Part shown: one piece after another, positions 9,166 through 18,661 of the stretch
How positions within the stretch are numbered: position 1 is the first letter of the stretch
Layout: every line of letters begins with the position of its first letter
Source of the DNA: a virus
Reading direction: 5' to 3' (one strand)
DNA: 64,000 nucleotides
Virus record (IMG/VR): IMGVR_UViG_3300043313_002018
Coordinates: 6,730-70,729 of that record
Made by a program: the position numbers and the translations under genes
Notes under the pieces: model-generated
The model's input: the letters and a program-made list of their open reading frames with translations, nothing else
The model's database searches: none
What the model was told of the DNA's origin: nothing

Positions 9166-10494
9166 CTAACAGGTCGTGCAACCCGCGGTGGCGCCGGTCG
9201 GGTTCATGGGCAGTCCACCGCCCGTACTCTCCGTCGGCACGATCTCCTCCGGCAGTGGCGCCGCGTCCCGGACCAAGACCAGCGGGCACGATTCCGAGGC
9301 CCCAAATAGCGGCGGGCTGGCGGTTTCGGCTCCACTATACGCGCCATTCTCAAAGGCCGCATGCCGCACCTGCGTCAGCACCGTGCCGTCGAGCGCGTAA
9401 TTGGTGTACACACCCACGCCGGCCTCGTGCGACATGACCCAGAAGGTCGCGCGGTAGACCGAGAAGGCCAAGCGCGGCACCGGGAGCTGCGACGAGAAGG
9501 TAATGGTGGTCAGCAGGACGCCGGCCGGGTCGTAGCGCCGCACCTCCTCCACCCCGCTCCCCGCGCGCACGTAGAGCGCCACGATGCTGTCATCCGGCAG
9601 GCACAAGATGTCGACAATGCGCAGGCTCGCCACGCCTGCCACCAGGTCCGCCAGCGCCACGTTGTTGACCAGATCCCAGCGCTGAATCGGCTGCGCCAGC
9701 GGCGCCGTCGCATAGTAGAGAATCGTCTCGGCGTCATTCGCCGCGATGCCCTTAATGGACGTCGCGCCGGTCAGGGTCAGACTCACCGCCCCAAAACTGC
9801 CCGTGTCCAGCAGGTCCCGCACGGTGACGTCGCCGGCGCCGTCAAACGCCACGTAAAACTTCGTGCCATTGACGGTACGGATGTACGGCGTGCCGAGCGC
9901 CGAGGTGTCGATCGAACTTAGCACCGTGAAGTCGGGGGTGTAGACCACCAGCCGGTCGTTGTACTCGTCCGAGAATGCCATCACGCCGGTGTCGAGCGCG
10001 TCCCCCGCTTCCCCGGCCACCACGTCCGGGAACGAGGCCAGCACTGTGTCATCGGTCGTGGCGGACAGCGCAATCGCCGGAAAGTCCTCCGTGTCGTCGT
10101 TGACGAGCAGACTCCCGATCGGGACCGGCGCGGGCGTGAGAAACTCGAGCGTCAGCGTCAGGATCGCCGGCGTCGGGTCACCGCTGCTCGTCGTGAGCCG
10201 CAGGAAGTACTGCGTACCGATCGCTACTTGCAGCTGCAGGGGAATGTTGCGCCCGCCGGACGTGAGAAAGCTCGGACTGCTGTCCGGTCCCTGGTACGCC
10301 AGGATACTCGGCCGGTAGCCGCTGCCGCCCGTCCCCCCGAACGCAAACACGCTCAGCAGCCCGGTCACCGGCGCCACAAAACTGTAGTAGACCGTGTAGG
10401 TCACGCCGGCATCATGGACGTCCTGCGTGATCGACGCCGGGAAGCCGACAATCGGGGTGGCGACGTCAAAGTCGAGATTGGTCGGTGCCGCCAT
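9166..10494 (-). CDS. Beta-propeller-like virion/receptor-binding protein (paralogue B')
   Basis: Aligns over its full length with 10498..12399 (VVAGEAGDALD, YIRT.NGTKFY, RWDLVN). Confidence 0.55.
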   Translation of the reverse strand: MAAPTNLDFDVATPIVGFPASITQDVHDAGVTYTVYYSFVAPVTGLLSVFAFGGTGGSGYRPSILAYQGPDSSPSFLTSGGRNIPLQLQVAIGTQYFLRLTTSSGDPTPAILTLTLEFLTPAPVPIGSLLVNDDTEDFPAIALSATTDDTVLASFPDVVAGEAGDALDTGVMAFSDEYNDRLVVYTPDFTVLSSIDTSALGTPYIRTVNGTKFYVAFDGAGDVTVRDLLDTGSFGAVSLTLTGATSIKGIAANDAETILYYATAPLAQPIQRWDLVNNVALADLVAGVASLRIVDILCLPDDSIVALYVRAGSGVEEVRRYDPAGVLLTTITFSSQLPVPRLAFSVYRATFWVMSHEAGVGVYTNYALDGTVLTQVRHAAFENGAYSGAETASPPLFGASESCPLVLVRDAAPLPEEIVPTESTGGGLPMNPTGATAGCTTC

Positions 10495-10497
10495 CGC

Positions 10498-12399
10498 TTA
10501 GCTCGTGCACCCCGAGCCGCCGCCGGCGGCGTCCATCGCCAACCCACCTCCCACGCAGCCGTCCGGCACCGGTTCCGGCGGCACCGCCGTCCCGTGCATC
10601 ACGACCAGCGGGCAGGACAGAGACACGCCGAACAACGGGGGATCCGTCGTCTGGGCTCCGAGGTAGAGGCCCTCGTTATAGGGCGCATGGCGGACTTCGC
10701 TCAGCAGCGTGCCCGCGAGGTCGTAGTGCTGAAACACGCTGTCATCCGTCGACGGCATCATGATCCAGAATGTCTGGCGGTCGCCGGAGTACGCGAGGCG
10801 TGTACCCGTCCCACCCGGAGACAGGGTCACTGTGAACTGCATCAGGATGGTACCGCTCGAATCGTAACGCCGTAGCGTAATCGGGCTCGAGCCGGTGAAG
10901 GTGTAGAGCACCACGATCGTGCCGTCGGGCATGACCAGAATGTCCTTAGCACGATAGTTGGCCGCCAACCCCGCATTGAGCACGCTCAGCTCGACCCCGT
11001 TGACCAGATCCCACCGACGCACCGGTGCGTTCCCAATGTCCGTGGAGAAGTACAGGATCGTCTCGTCGTTATTGGCCGCGATGCCCCGCAGCGACGTCAC
11101 CCCGGGAAGCGTGAAGTCGACCGCGCCAAAGAACCCGGTGGCGAGCAGATCCCGTACCCGCACGTCCCCCGTCCCGTCGAACCCGACGTAGAACTTGGTA
11201 CCGTTCATGGTACGGATGTACGCCAGCCCCAGCCCGGTCGTGTCCTGCGCGTGGATCACGGTGAAGTTGGCATCGTAGGTCACAATCTGCGGCAAGGTGC
11301 GATCCTCGAACGCCATAATGCCGCTGTCCAGGGCGTCGCCCGCCTCGCCCGCTACGACGGTCGGCACCGACCGCTTCACCAGGTAATCGGTGCTCGGCGA
11401 CGCCACGATCAGGGGGAAGCCGCCGGTATCGTCGTTCACGAGGAGATCGCCGGGCAGCACCGCTTGTGCGGCGAGGTACTGCGCCGTCACCGTCAGGAGC
11501 GCCGGTGTCGGGTTCCCCGCCCGGTCGAAGCACAGGAAATATTCCTGCCCGGCGGTCACCTGGATCTGCACCGGTCGGTTGTCGTCACCGCTAATCAGGA
11601 GCGTCGGGCGACTATCCCCACCACCGACCGTGGTCAGCCGTCCCGTGGTGACTCCGGAGCTCTCCTCCACCCCAATCCCGAGGCCGAGCGGTTCGAGGAA
11701 GCGCGTGCTGACCACTGAGGTAATCAGCGCCCCGTTGAGCCACAGGGTCCACGTGGTACCCAAGCGGCGCAACCCGATTACGTCGCCCGGTGTGAGTGGC
11801 GCGCGCGTGATGTCAAAGAGCAGGGTGTCGAGCACGTCATCGACGTAGAGCTTGAAGGTGATCTGCCCGGTCGCAAACACCAGCAGCTCAAAGGTCGTCG
11901 TCGGTCCCGGCAGCGCCACCCCGTACACAAACAGGTCCAAGCCGCATTCCACGGTCGGGAGCGCAGCGACTGTCAGGTACGCTTCGAGGTCCGGCCCGTT
12001 GGAGATCCCCGTGTGGTACGCGCCGCTGTACGACGGGCTACTCCCGTCGCTGTTGGCCACCGCATTGGACAGCAGCCGCAGCGGCGTGCCCCACCAGTAA
12101 TCCATCGTCGCCCACGGCGCCGCCAGGGGGTTCTCGTTGGCGCGCGTGAAGGCGTCAATGACCGGGGTGCTGGGAAAGCCGCCGTCCGTCGTACTTTGAT
12201 AGACCAGCGTCTGGGGCTGGTAGCCGCTCCCGACGGTGCCGCCAAATCCGAACAGGTGCAGCAATCCGGTCTGCGGGGCGACAAACCGGTAGTACACCGT
12301 GTACGTCGTCGCCCCGTCCCGCACGTCCTGGGTAAAGGACGCCGGGAAGCTGGCGATGGTGCGCGCCGTGTCGAAGGAGGTGTTCTCAGGTGCCGGCAT
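10498..12399 (-). CDS. Beta-propeller-like virion/receptor-binding protein with a lectin/SPRY-like insertion (paralogue B)
   Basis: Paralogue of 9166..10494 plus an insert of about 190 aa (DAFTRANENPL...GDVIGLRRLG). Confidence 0.55.
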   Translation of the reverse strand: MPAPENTSFDTARTIASFPASFTQDVRDGATTYTVYYRFVAPQTGLLHLFGFGGTVGSGYQPQTLVYQSTTDGGFPSTPVIDAFTRANENPLAAPWATMDYWWGTPLRLLSNAVANSDGSSPSYSGAYHTGISNGPDLEAYLTVAALPTVECGLDLFVYGVALPGPTTTFELLVFATGQITFKLYVDDVLDTLLFDITRAPLTPGDVIGLRRLGTTWTLWLNGALITSVVSTRFLEPLGLGIGVEESSGVTTGRLTTVGGGDSRPTLLISGDDNRPVQIQVTAGQEYFLCFDRAGNPTPALLTVTAQYLAAQAVLPGDLLVNDDTGGFPLIVASPSTDYLVKRSVPTVVAGEAGDALDSGIMAFEDRTLPQIVTYDANFTVIHAQDTTGLGLAYIRTMNGTKFYVGFDGTGDVRVRDLLATGFFGAVDFTLPGVTSLRGIAANNDETILYFSTDIGNAPVRRWDLVNGVELSVLNAGLAANYRAKDILVMPDGTIVVLYTFTGSSPITLRRYDSSGTILMQFTVTLSPGGTGTRLAYSGDRQTFWIMMPSTDDSVFQHYDLAGTLLSEVRHAPYNEGLYLGAQTTDPPLFGVSLSCPLVVMHGTAVPPEPVPDGCVGGGLAMDAAGGGSGCTS

Positions 12400-12410
12400 G
12401 ACGCAGCCTG

Positions 12411-13268
12411 CTAGACCGGCGGATTGTAGAGCAGCAGGTCCGGGTTGGTGTACGCCTCGCCCTCACCCTCGATCGGCGTGACCGTTTCATCGTAGCGCCC
12501 ATTTTCGGCGCTCCAGCTGTAGATGCCGGTGTCGGGATCGGCGTAGAACGGATTCATCTTCAGCGTTTCGCCGTCCGCCTCGTAGAGGGCCACCAGCGTC
12601 TCGGTGGCGTGCTCCGTCACACGCACCAGCGCCCAGCCGGCCGGTGCATCGGTGAGGATGTTCCGCGCCCAGCTCGTCCGTTGCTGGAGACGCGACCCGG
12701 CGGGCGTGCCGCCACTGGCGACCACGGTACCGGCGACACCGCTCGCAGGGACGCCTACCAGCGGTACCTGCCGGGACTGGACCACCGACCCAGGAGAGAG
12801 CGTGGTGCTGACCCCGCTCAGCGCCAAGGAGATCCCCGGCCGCAGCGTCCCAGGACTCCCGGTGGCCTCGCAGCCGCTCAGGCTCGCCGTCTGGTCCCCG
12901 GCCAGGGACACGGTACCGACGGCGCCGGTGGCGGGAATACCCGAGAGCCCGATCGCCACGCCGGGCGTGAGACTGCCGGGACTACCGGTACCGGCAACGC
13001 CCGTCGGGCTGAGCGCCCGATCGGGAACAACCGTGCCGACACTGCCGGTGGCGGCCGAGCCGCTCAGCCCCGCAGAGAGGCCGACGCCAACCGACCCGAC
13101 GGCGGTTGTGCTCGAGACGCCGGTGGGTCCCAGCGCGAGGGCTACGCCAAGCGTGCCGACCGCGCACGTCGCCGCGACGCCCGTCAGGGCCAACGTAATG
13201 TCGGCCCCGACGACCCGGAACCGCCGGAACAGCGGCTTGAACGGTTGCGCGCGGCCGAGACGAGCCAT
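12411..13268 (-). CDS. Tail protein with about 8 LxGxxxxxxxGxV-type repeats and a C-terminal head-binding-like domain
   Basis: Repeats of about 19 aa (LTGVAATCAVGT, LSGSAATGSVGT, LSGIPATGAVGT); C-terminal LYEADG...NPF...DTGIYSW.AENGRY. Confidence 0.6.
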   Translation of the reverse strand: MARLGRAQPFKPLFRRFRVVGADITLALTGVAATCAVGTLGVALALGPTGVSSTTAVGSVGVGLSAGLSGSAATGSVGTVVPDRALSPTGVAGTGSPGSLTPGVAIGLSGIPATGAVGTVSLAGDQTASLSGCEATGSPGTLRPGISLALSGVSTTLSPGSVVQSRQVPLVGVPASGVAGTVVASGGTPAGSRLQQRTSWARNILTDAPAGWALVRVTEHATETLVALYEADGETLKMNPFYADPDTGIYSWSAENGRYDETVTPIEGEGEAYTNPDLLLYNPPV

Positions 13269-13271
13269 CGA

Positions 13272-13736
13272 CTAGGCCAGGCGAATCAGACCGGTCGCGT
13301 TGTCGTTCGTGGGCATCGTCAGGGTCAGCGTGCCGGCGGTAATCGTCTGCGACCCGAACGTATGCACGCTCACGGCCTTGTTGCTCTGCGTACTGTTGTA
13401 GATCAGCACCGCATCGAACGCGGTGGAGAGCGTCACCGTGGTGAAGACGATCGAGGCGGTGGGCGTGGAATACGCCGTCGTGCTCGTGCTCGTCGGCGCG
13501 ATCCAGTCCGGCGAACCGGTCAGGTCCACGCCGCCGGCCGAGTACCCGCTGCCGCTGACCTCGCCGGTGGCCGAGTACGCCGTCGTGCCCGCACCGAGCG
13601 AGGCCGACGCCAGATAGAGTGCCGCCTTGAACGAGTCGGGCGTCGTCGCCCCGCGGACCACGGTCGTCCCGAACGCGTGAATCGCGTTCAGCAGGTCGAC
13701 CTTGAAGCTGGTGCACATTGCCTGCGAATTAGCCAC
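13272..13736 (-). CDS. Conserved phage virion structural protein
   Basis: MCTSFKVDLL.AIH.F...FKAALY...TTAYSATGEVSG.GY.AGG, a family common in uncultured tailed phages. Confidence 0.7.
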   Translation of the reverse strand: MANSQAMCTSFKVDLLNAIHAFGTTVVRGATTPDSFKAALYLASASLGAGTTAYSATGEVSGSGYSAGGVDLTGSPDWIAPTSTSTTAYSTPTASIVFTTVTLSTAFDAVLIYNSTQSNKAVSVHTFGSQTITAGTLTLTMPTNDNATGLIRLA

Positions 13737-13938
13737 CGAATCCTCCTACGGCGGATTCCGCCGAGACATTGCGCTTGAGGGTGACGTGCGCGGAGCGGTG
13801 CACGAGCACGCCCTCGTACCAGTACTCCACCCAGGTTGTGTACTCGTTGTCGTTGTCGAGCTCGCCGGTGCGTTTCTCGAGGAGGGACTCGTCGGTTTCC
13901 CCGAGGACTCCGTTAATGAGCGTGGAGATCATCGGCAT
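13729..13938 (-). CDS. Small conserved phage protein
   Basis: DESLLEKRTG.LDNDNEYTTWVEYW..G.LVHRS.HVTLK, typically adjacent to the previous family; start MPMISTL at 13938. Confidence 0.65.
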   Translation of the reverse strand: MPMISTLINGVLGETDESLLEKRTGELDNDNEYTTWVEYWYEGVLVHRSAHVTLKRNVSAESAVGGFGG

Positions 13939-13940
13939 CG

Positions 13941-14438
13941 CTATTCCTCCCAGATCACGTAGCAGATCGCATTCACCGCGGCCGGCGCCGTCACGCGCAC
14001 GCGCAGGAACTTCGACACGGGTACCTGCGGCTCGCGCCCGAGCGCAAACTGCTTGAAGTACTGGTTCGTGGGAGCGATCAGCTGGCAGTCGAACATCCGC
14101 ACCGCGGTGATCGTGCCCTCGGTGATCGCGCCGTCGTTGAACATCGTGGCGCCGGTGCCGCCGACACACAGACTCGGCGGCGCGTTCGGGTCGCCCCAGA
14201 TGGTGGGCGTCAGCGACGTGCCGGCGGTGGCCGCGACGTCGGTCTGCAGCAGCTCGCACAGAACTGGCACGGCCGCGGCCGACCCGTCAAACGAGATGCC
14301 CCACTCAATGATCGTGATCGGGCAGGTGCTCGGCGTCGCCACCTGCAGGAGCGTATTGATCGACGTCGTGCAGGCCATCTTGACCTGTCCGGCCGTCGTA
14401 GGCGACGCCCCGTTGAACGCGATGTACTGCTTGGACAT
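13941..14438 (-). CDS. Beta-sandwich virion structural protein
   Basis: TLLQVATPS...IIEWGISFDG...LRVRVTAP; late operon context. Confidence 0.55.
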   Translation of the reverse strand: MSKQYIAFNGASPTTAGQVKMACTTSINTLLQVATPSTCPITIIEWGISFDGSAAAVPVLCELLQTDVAATAGTSLTPTIWGDPNAPPSLCVGGTGATMFNDGAITEGTITAVRMFDCQLIAPTNQYFKQFALGREPQVPVSKFLRVRVTAPAAVNAICYVIWEE

Positions 14439-14453
14439 GTGTCTCCCGTTTCC

Positions 14454-15209
14454 CTAGTAGTAACTCGCGCGTTTCACGGCCTGGCGTCCGGCGATCGCCC
14501 GCGCGGCCGCTGCCGCCGCCACGGCTGCGGGCACATCCACAAAGCGCTTCCGCGGCGACGGGAACGTCGTCCAGAGTGCCCGGGGATCAGCGAGCGAGCG
14601 CACTTCCGCCGGCGACAGCGCCCGGTTGTAGGTGCGCCACTCGCGGGTGTACGTGTCGTCGCCCTGCGCATTGCGGACCCACCCGAGCGTCCACGGACTC
14701 GCGCTGGCGGGTAGGTACGGCCCTGCCGCGACTGTCGGGGATCCGGATTCCAGGCCGTCCACGTACACCTGCACCTTCGAGGAGTTCGCCGTAAACACGA
14801 TCACGTGCTCGCGCCCGTCGACGCAATCTGTCGCGGACGTCGCGCTGTACTCGGCCGTATCGAAGGTGTCGCGGATGATGAAATTCACCCCGCCGCGCCA
14901 CAGCAGCTGCTTCACACCGTCGCCGTCTTCCGCCCACTTGCCACCGTAGTTGCCGCTCGACGCCAACAACTGTCCGCGCCACATAAATGTGAACCCAGGA
15001 GTCGCGGTGAGGCACGCGGGGCGATCTAGCGTGATGAAGCCGTACGAGATCCCGAGGCGGACCTGGTTGCCGACTATCAGCGGTGTCCCACCGGGCGCCG
15101 ACGGAAGCGACCCGCGCTGGATGTCGTACGCCAGCGCCCCGTTGTACCCCGCCACGTACCACTGCACGAGCCCCTGTCGCACGATCGGGTCGATTCGGCT
15201 CGTCAGCAT
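14454..15209 (-). CDS. LamG/concanavalin-A-like domain tail protein
   Basis: TFMWRG...HVIVFT...QVYVDG...WTLG...WRTYNRALSPAEVRSL is a LamG signature. Confidence 0.7.
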   Translation of the reverse strand: MLTSRIDPIVRQGLVQWYVAGYNGALAYDIQRGSLPSAPGGTPLIVGNQVRLGISYGFITLDRPACLTATPGFTFMWRGQLLASSGNYGGKWAEDGDGVKQLLWRGGVNFIIRDTFDTAEYSATSATDCVDGREHVIVFTANSSKVQVYVDGLESGSPTVAAGPYLPASASPWTLGWVRNAQGDDTYTREWRTYNRALSPAEVRSLADPRALWTTFPSPRKRFVDVPAAVAAAAAARAIAGRQAVKRASYY

Positions 15210-15212
15210 CGG

Positions 15213-15818
15213 CTAGCTCTGGGCCACGTTCGCGTAGCTGCCCACATACGTCACCTGCTGCCCGGAGGAGGCGAGCGCACCGACCATCGAATGCGTAATA
15301 AACACCACAAACTTCTTCGGCATGTTGCCGCCGAACACCGCCGCCACGCTCGGGCAATCCAGGTAGTACACGACGCTGTTGCTGGCGTTGGTCGCACTGA
15401 CCGCGCCGAGCTTGCAGATCGCGTCGCGGATCATGGTGTTGGTGACGGTTTCGGCGCTCGCCGTGCCGTCAAAGACGTCCGGCCAGGTGGAGTCGTCGAG
15501 CATCGCCACCAGGTACAGGCGCACCTCGCCCACGGTCAGGGTCGTACCGGAGGTGATCTTCGCCGTGACCCGCATGTCGAGGTACTTGGTCGAGGTGTTG
15601 TCGACCGCGGTCGACTCCCAGCCGGCGACCCATGTGGCCGAGGAGGCGAGCGAGTTCAGCGCGCTGAGCGACGCTTCGTTGGTGGAAGCGGCGTAGGTGA
15701 GGAGCACGTCCCCGGCGGCGCCGGCCTCCTCGCGCAGGAGCACGGCTGCGCGGCTGTTCGAGGTCCAGTACCAGAACAGCCACGCGGCGAGCGACCAGCG
15801 CGAGAGGAACGCGCGCAC
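15213..15818 (-). CDS. Virion structural protein with an N-terminal leader extension
   Basis: Core LNSLASS...ESTAVDNT...YLD..V is a common phage family; about 33 aa of leader ending LLREEAG. Confidence 0.6.
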   Translation of the reverse strand: MRAFLSRWSLAAWLFWYWTSNSRAAVLLREEAGAAGDVLLTYAASTNEASLSALNSLASSATWVAGWESTAVDNTSTKYLDMRVTAKITSGTTLTVGEVRLYLVAMLDDSTWPDVFDGTASAETVTNTMIRDAICKLGAVSATNASNSVVYYLDCPSVAAVFGGNMPKKFVVFITHSMVGALASSGQQVTYVGSYANVAQS

Positions 15819-16387
15819 TAACTGTTCCTCGCGGCTTCAATATCCGTGTAGCCGATCGGCCCTTCAAAGGTCATCGTCGCCGCGGTACTCGCGTTGCCGC
15901 CGGTCCCGCCGCCGCTGGTATCGGCCAGCAGTTTCTCGATGCGACGCGCCTTGCGGGCGAGCGCGTTGTCACGGACCGGCACCCAGCCGGCCGACTTCAG
16001 GGCGCCAGCCGTCCCCGAGGGCACATTGGTCAGCGCATCCTGCAGACCCGCCCGGACGTTCGCCTTCGCGCCGTTGATCGTGACTTGGCTGCCCTGCAAC
16101 AGGAGCTGCAGGTTGAACTGTTTCCCCTGGCACGCCAGCGAGCGGTTCGCCCAGACCTGCGTCGTGTCCGGGGCATCGCTCGGCGTCAGGTTCGCCCACA
16201 CGATCTGGTCGTTGATATCCGCCACCGGAATGTTGGTACGGTAGACGAAGAAGTCCGGTGCAACGATCTGGGCGTACGCCGCCGCAATCGCCGAGTTGCC
16301 GTCCGAGTTGTTCGGCAAGGCGTTCAGCGCGTTGTCGGCGAGAATGTCGGCTTTGACAGCGGCGAGCTGGGCGACGGTCAGCGGCAT
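15818..16387 (-). CDS. Conserved phage structural protein
   Basis: MPLT.AQLA.VKADILAD.AL...G..AIAA.Y...F.V.RT family. Confidence 0.6.
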   Translation of the reverse strand: MPLTVAQLAAVKADILADNALNALPNNSDGNSAIAAAYAQIVAPDFFVYRTNIPVADINDQIVWANLTPSDAPDTTQVWANRSLACQGKQFNLQLLLQGSQVTINGAKANVRAGLQDALTNVPSGTAGALKSAGWVPVRDNALARKARRIEKLLADTSGGGTGGNASTAATMTFEGPIGYTDIEAARNS

Positions 16388-16395
16388 CGGATCCT

Positions 16396-17859
16396 CTACT
16401 TCAAGAGCGCTTCCGCAAGCGTGCGGAGGGCGGCTTGCGCCGTGGTTTGTTTCTGCGCCTGCGCGATCAGCACCTTGATGGTAGTGATGCGCGCGAGGGC
16501 CGCATCCCGGTCCCGCTGCAGGGTGGTGATGGCATTCACCTGCGCCTCGAGCACGGCGATCCGCGCGGTCAGCTGCGCGATGATGAGGGCCTGCGAGTCG
16601 GTGGCCGGCGGCGTCACCGGCGGCGTGACCACGCCCCCATTCCCAATGTGAAACACCTGGATCAGCGGCCGGTACTCGTTCGGGTCCGCGAGCATCTGCG
16701 CGATATAGAGCCGCTGCGTCACCGGGTCGTACCCGACCCCGCCGATACTGACGTCCTTCTGGTCAATGGGGAAGGTCAGCGGCCACACGCCATACGGGAC
16801 GATTTCCCACGGCTGCTTCGTGCCCGCCTTGACCGCCGCGAAGTCGTTCAGGTCGTACGCCCATACCTGATACCGGTACGGGTAGGCGTGCGTCCCTTTG
16901 TAGTTGTTCACCGGGTCGTAGCAGAGGGGGTGCCCGACTTCATCCGGCGTGCCGACCAAGGCCAGATTGCCGGTGCCCTCGCCGTAGCACGGTGTCCCCA
17001 GCCCGTTCCGTCCGATAAACAGCGCCGTGCGCGTGCCCGCAATGACCGCGGCGCCGCCCATCCCCGTGGACTGATTGTAGGTCGTGTTGATGACCGTCCC
17101 GTCCCACAACCCCAGCGTTGGATGCGCCCCGGTGTAGTAGAGCAACGGGAACGCCGGCACGAGCGCCTGTCCGACCAGTGCCCCGTTGAACGCGAACGCA
17201 TCCGGCCCAAACGACGTCCGCGACACGATCGGGATGCAGCACTGCCCCGTCAGCGTCGGCCCACCCAGCAGCGTCTGCCACTCGGTCGGAATCGTCGCCA
17301 TGTACCCGGACACGTAGCCGGTCTTCGCGGCATCCCAGACGGCCGACCATCCCGACCAGCTCGCCTCGTTCAGGCGCAGGGACCGCGCGTAGTGCGAGAA
17401 GCGCTGCCCGTTGCCGGCGTCGTAGTAAACCCAGCCGGTGCCGAGAAGCTTCCCGCCCTGCACCAGCAGTCCGCCAAGCCCCTGGCCGTCGGTGCCGATC
17501 TCGTTTAGGTGACCCACGGTCGGATCGAAGAAGCCCTGCAGGTAGGTGGCGATCGGCAAGTCCCCGATGTTCGCGCTATTCACCGGCGTCGGGATGGAGA
17601 TTTCCGCCACGCGATGGGCGCGGCTGGTGACAAAGAGCGAGGGCCCGGCCGGATTGAACGCCAGCGGCCCGCCACCGAACGCCAGGTTGTCGCCGTTGGC
17701 CGCATCCAGCGGTCCACGAAAAGCGCCCAGGTACTGCAGATCCGTCTCCGCCACTCGGGGCTGCGTGGTCGGATCTTGCGCCACCAGGGGCGCCCGCGTG
17801 AGCAGGACCAGCACCAGTCCGGTAAGTAGTGTCAGCAGTGCGCGCGTGTACCGTGTCAT
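16396..17859 (-). CDS. Secreted-type beta-propeller protein with a C-terminal coiled coil
   Basis: Signal peptide MTRYTRALLTLLTGLVLVLLTRAPLVA|QD; propeller-like repeats; C-terminal heptads (LTARIAVLEAQVNAITTLQ). Confidence 0.6.
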   Translation of the reverse strand: MTRYTRALLTLLTGLVLVLLTRAPLVAQDPTTQPRVAETDLQYLGAFRGPLDAANGDNLAFGGGPLAFNPAGPSLFVTSRAHRVAEISIPTPVNSANIGDLPIATYLQGFFDPTVGHLNEIGTDGQGLGGLLVQGGKLLGTGWVYYDAGNGQRFSHYARSLRLNEASWSGWSAVWDAAKTGYVSGYMATIPTEWQTLLGGPTLTGQCCIPIVSRTSFGPDAFAFNGALVGQALVPAFPLLYYTGAHPTLGLWDGTVINTTYNQSTGMGGAAVIAGTRTALFIGRNGLGTPCYGEGTGNLALVGTPDEVGHPLCYDPVNNYKGTHAYPYRYQVWAYDLNDFAAVKAGTKQPWEIVPYGVWPLTFPIDQKDVSIGGVGYDPVTQRLYIAQMLADPNEYRPLIQVFHIGNGGVVTPPVTPPATDSQALIIAQLTARIAVLEAQVNAITTLQRDRDAALARITTIKVLIAQAQKQTTAQAALRTLAEALLK

Positions 17860-17872
17860 GCGTCTGTCCCCT

Positions 17873-18334
17873 CTACCAGCCCAGTGTCGGTTCGACGCTG
17901 AGCGACACCCGCACGGCGCCGGCCGCGCCGGCGGTTTTGCTGGCCGCCGCCCGGTTCACCAGCGCCATGTGGATCTTGCTCGTGCGGTCCTCGTCGTAGA
18001 GCTGCACCTGCAGCGCATCGGCGACAAACGTGTAGAGGCCCGTCGCCGCGATCTGCAGCGCCGTGGTCGGCAGCACCACCCGGCCGATGAGCGTATTGGT
18101 GTCAGGTGCGGCGGAGTTACCCGCCGTGCCCGTTTTGGTGAAGAACCAGAGCTCCCAGTCGAGGTCTTCCATCGACACGATCGTGACCGCCCGCAGGAGC
18201 GCATCCACGTTCTCGCCGAGACTGAGCGCCTTGACGTCGAGCGAAGCGAAGGCGGCCGCATTCTGTGCGATCGTCCCCGTGAACTCGCGGGTGGTCAGCG
18301 TGCGTGCGAGGACGCGCTTGCCAGGTTGGGCCAT
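17873..18334 (-). CDS. Hypothetical virion protein (beta-rich)
   Basis: ORF in late operon with RBS; jelly-roll-like alternation. Confidence 0.5.
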   Translation of the reverse strand: MAQPGKRVLARTLTTREFTGTIAQNAAAFASLDVKALSLGENVDALLRAVTIVSMEDLDWELWFFTKTGTAGNSAAPDTNTLIGRVVLPTTALQIAATGLYTFVADALQVQLYDEDRTSKIHMALVNRAAASKTAGAAGAVRVSLSVEPTLGW

Positions 18335-18355
18335 GTCAGCACCTCTCCGTCGCGC

Positions 18356-18643
18356 CTACTGACCCGTCTTGAACGTCTGGTCGGACTGGTGATCGTCGAC
18401 GAGGCCGATGCCGCTGCCGCCGCTCGATCCGCCCGTCACGTCCACGCGCGTGGGCGTGGTCCCGAGCTCGCTCGAGCTCGTTTCCTTGCCGCCGGGCGTC
18501 GGGCAGATGCCCTCGGTCCAGGGCGAGTTGAGAAGCCCCGGGCCGCCGGGACCGGTGTTCGCAATGTCCTCGCCGCCGCTCAGGCCGGCATGGTTGCCGC
18601 CCGCGCTCGGGGTGGGGCACAGGCCGTCAAATTCAGTCTTCAT
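18356..18643 (-). CDS. Gly/Thr-rich hypothetical protein
   Basis: GGGAG RBS; internal repeat G(L/I)CPTP(S/G). Confidence 0.5.
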   Translation of the reverse strand: MKTEFDGLCPTPSAGGNHAGLSGGEDIANTGPGGPGLLNSPWTEGICPTPGGKETSSSELGTTPTRVDVTGGSSGGSGIGLVDDHQSDQTFKTGQ

Positions 18644-18661
18644 TGGTTGTCTCCCTGACAG

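Noticed and set aside
9166-12399. Diversity-generating retroelement (TR/VR pair)
   Set aside because: The paralogues differ at all base types, and no reverse transcriptase is in the window.
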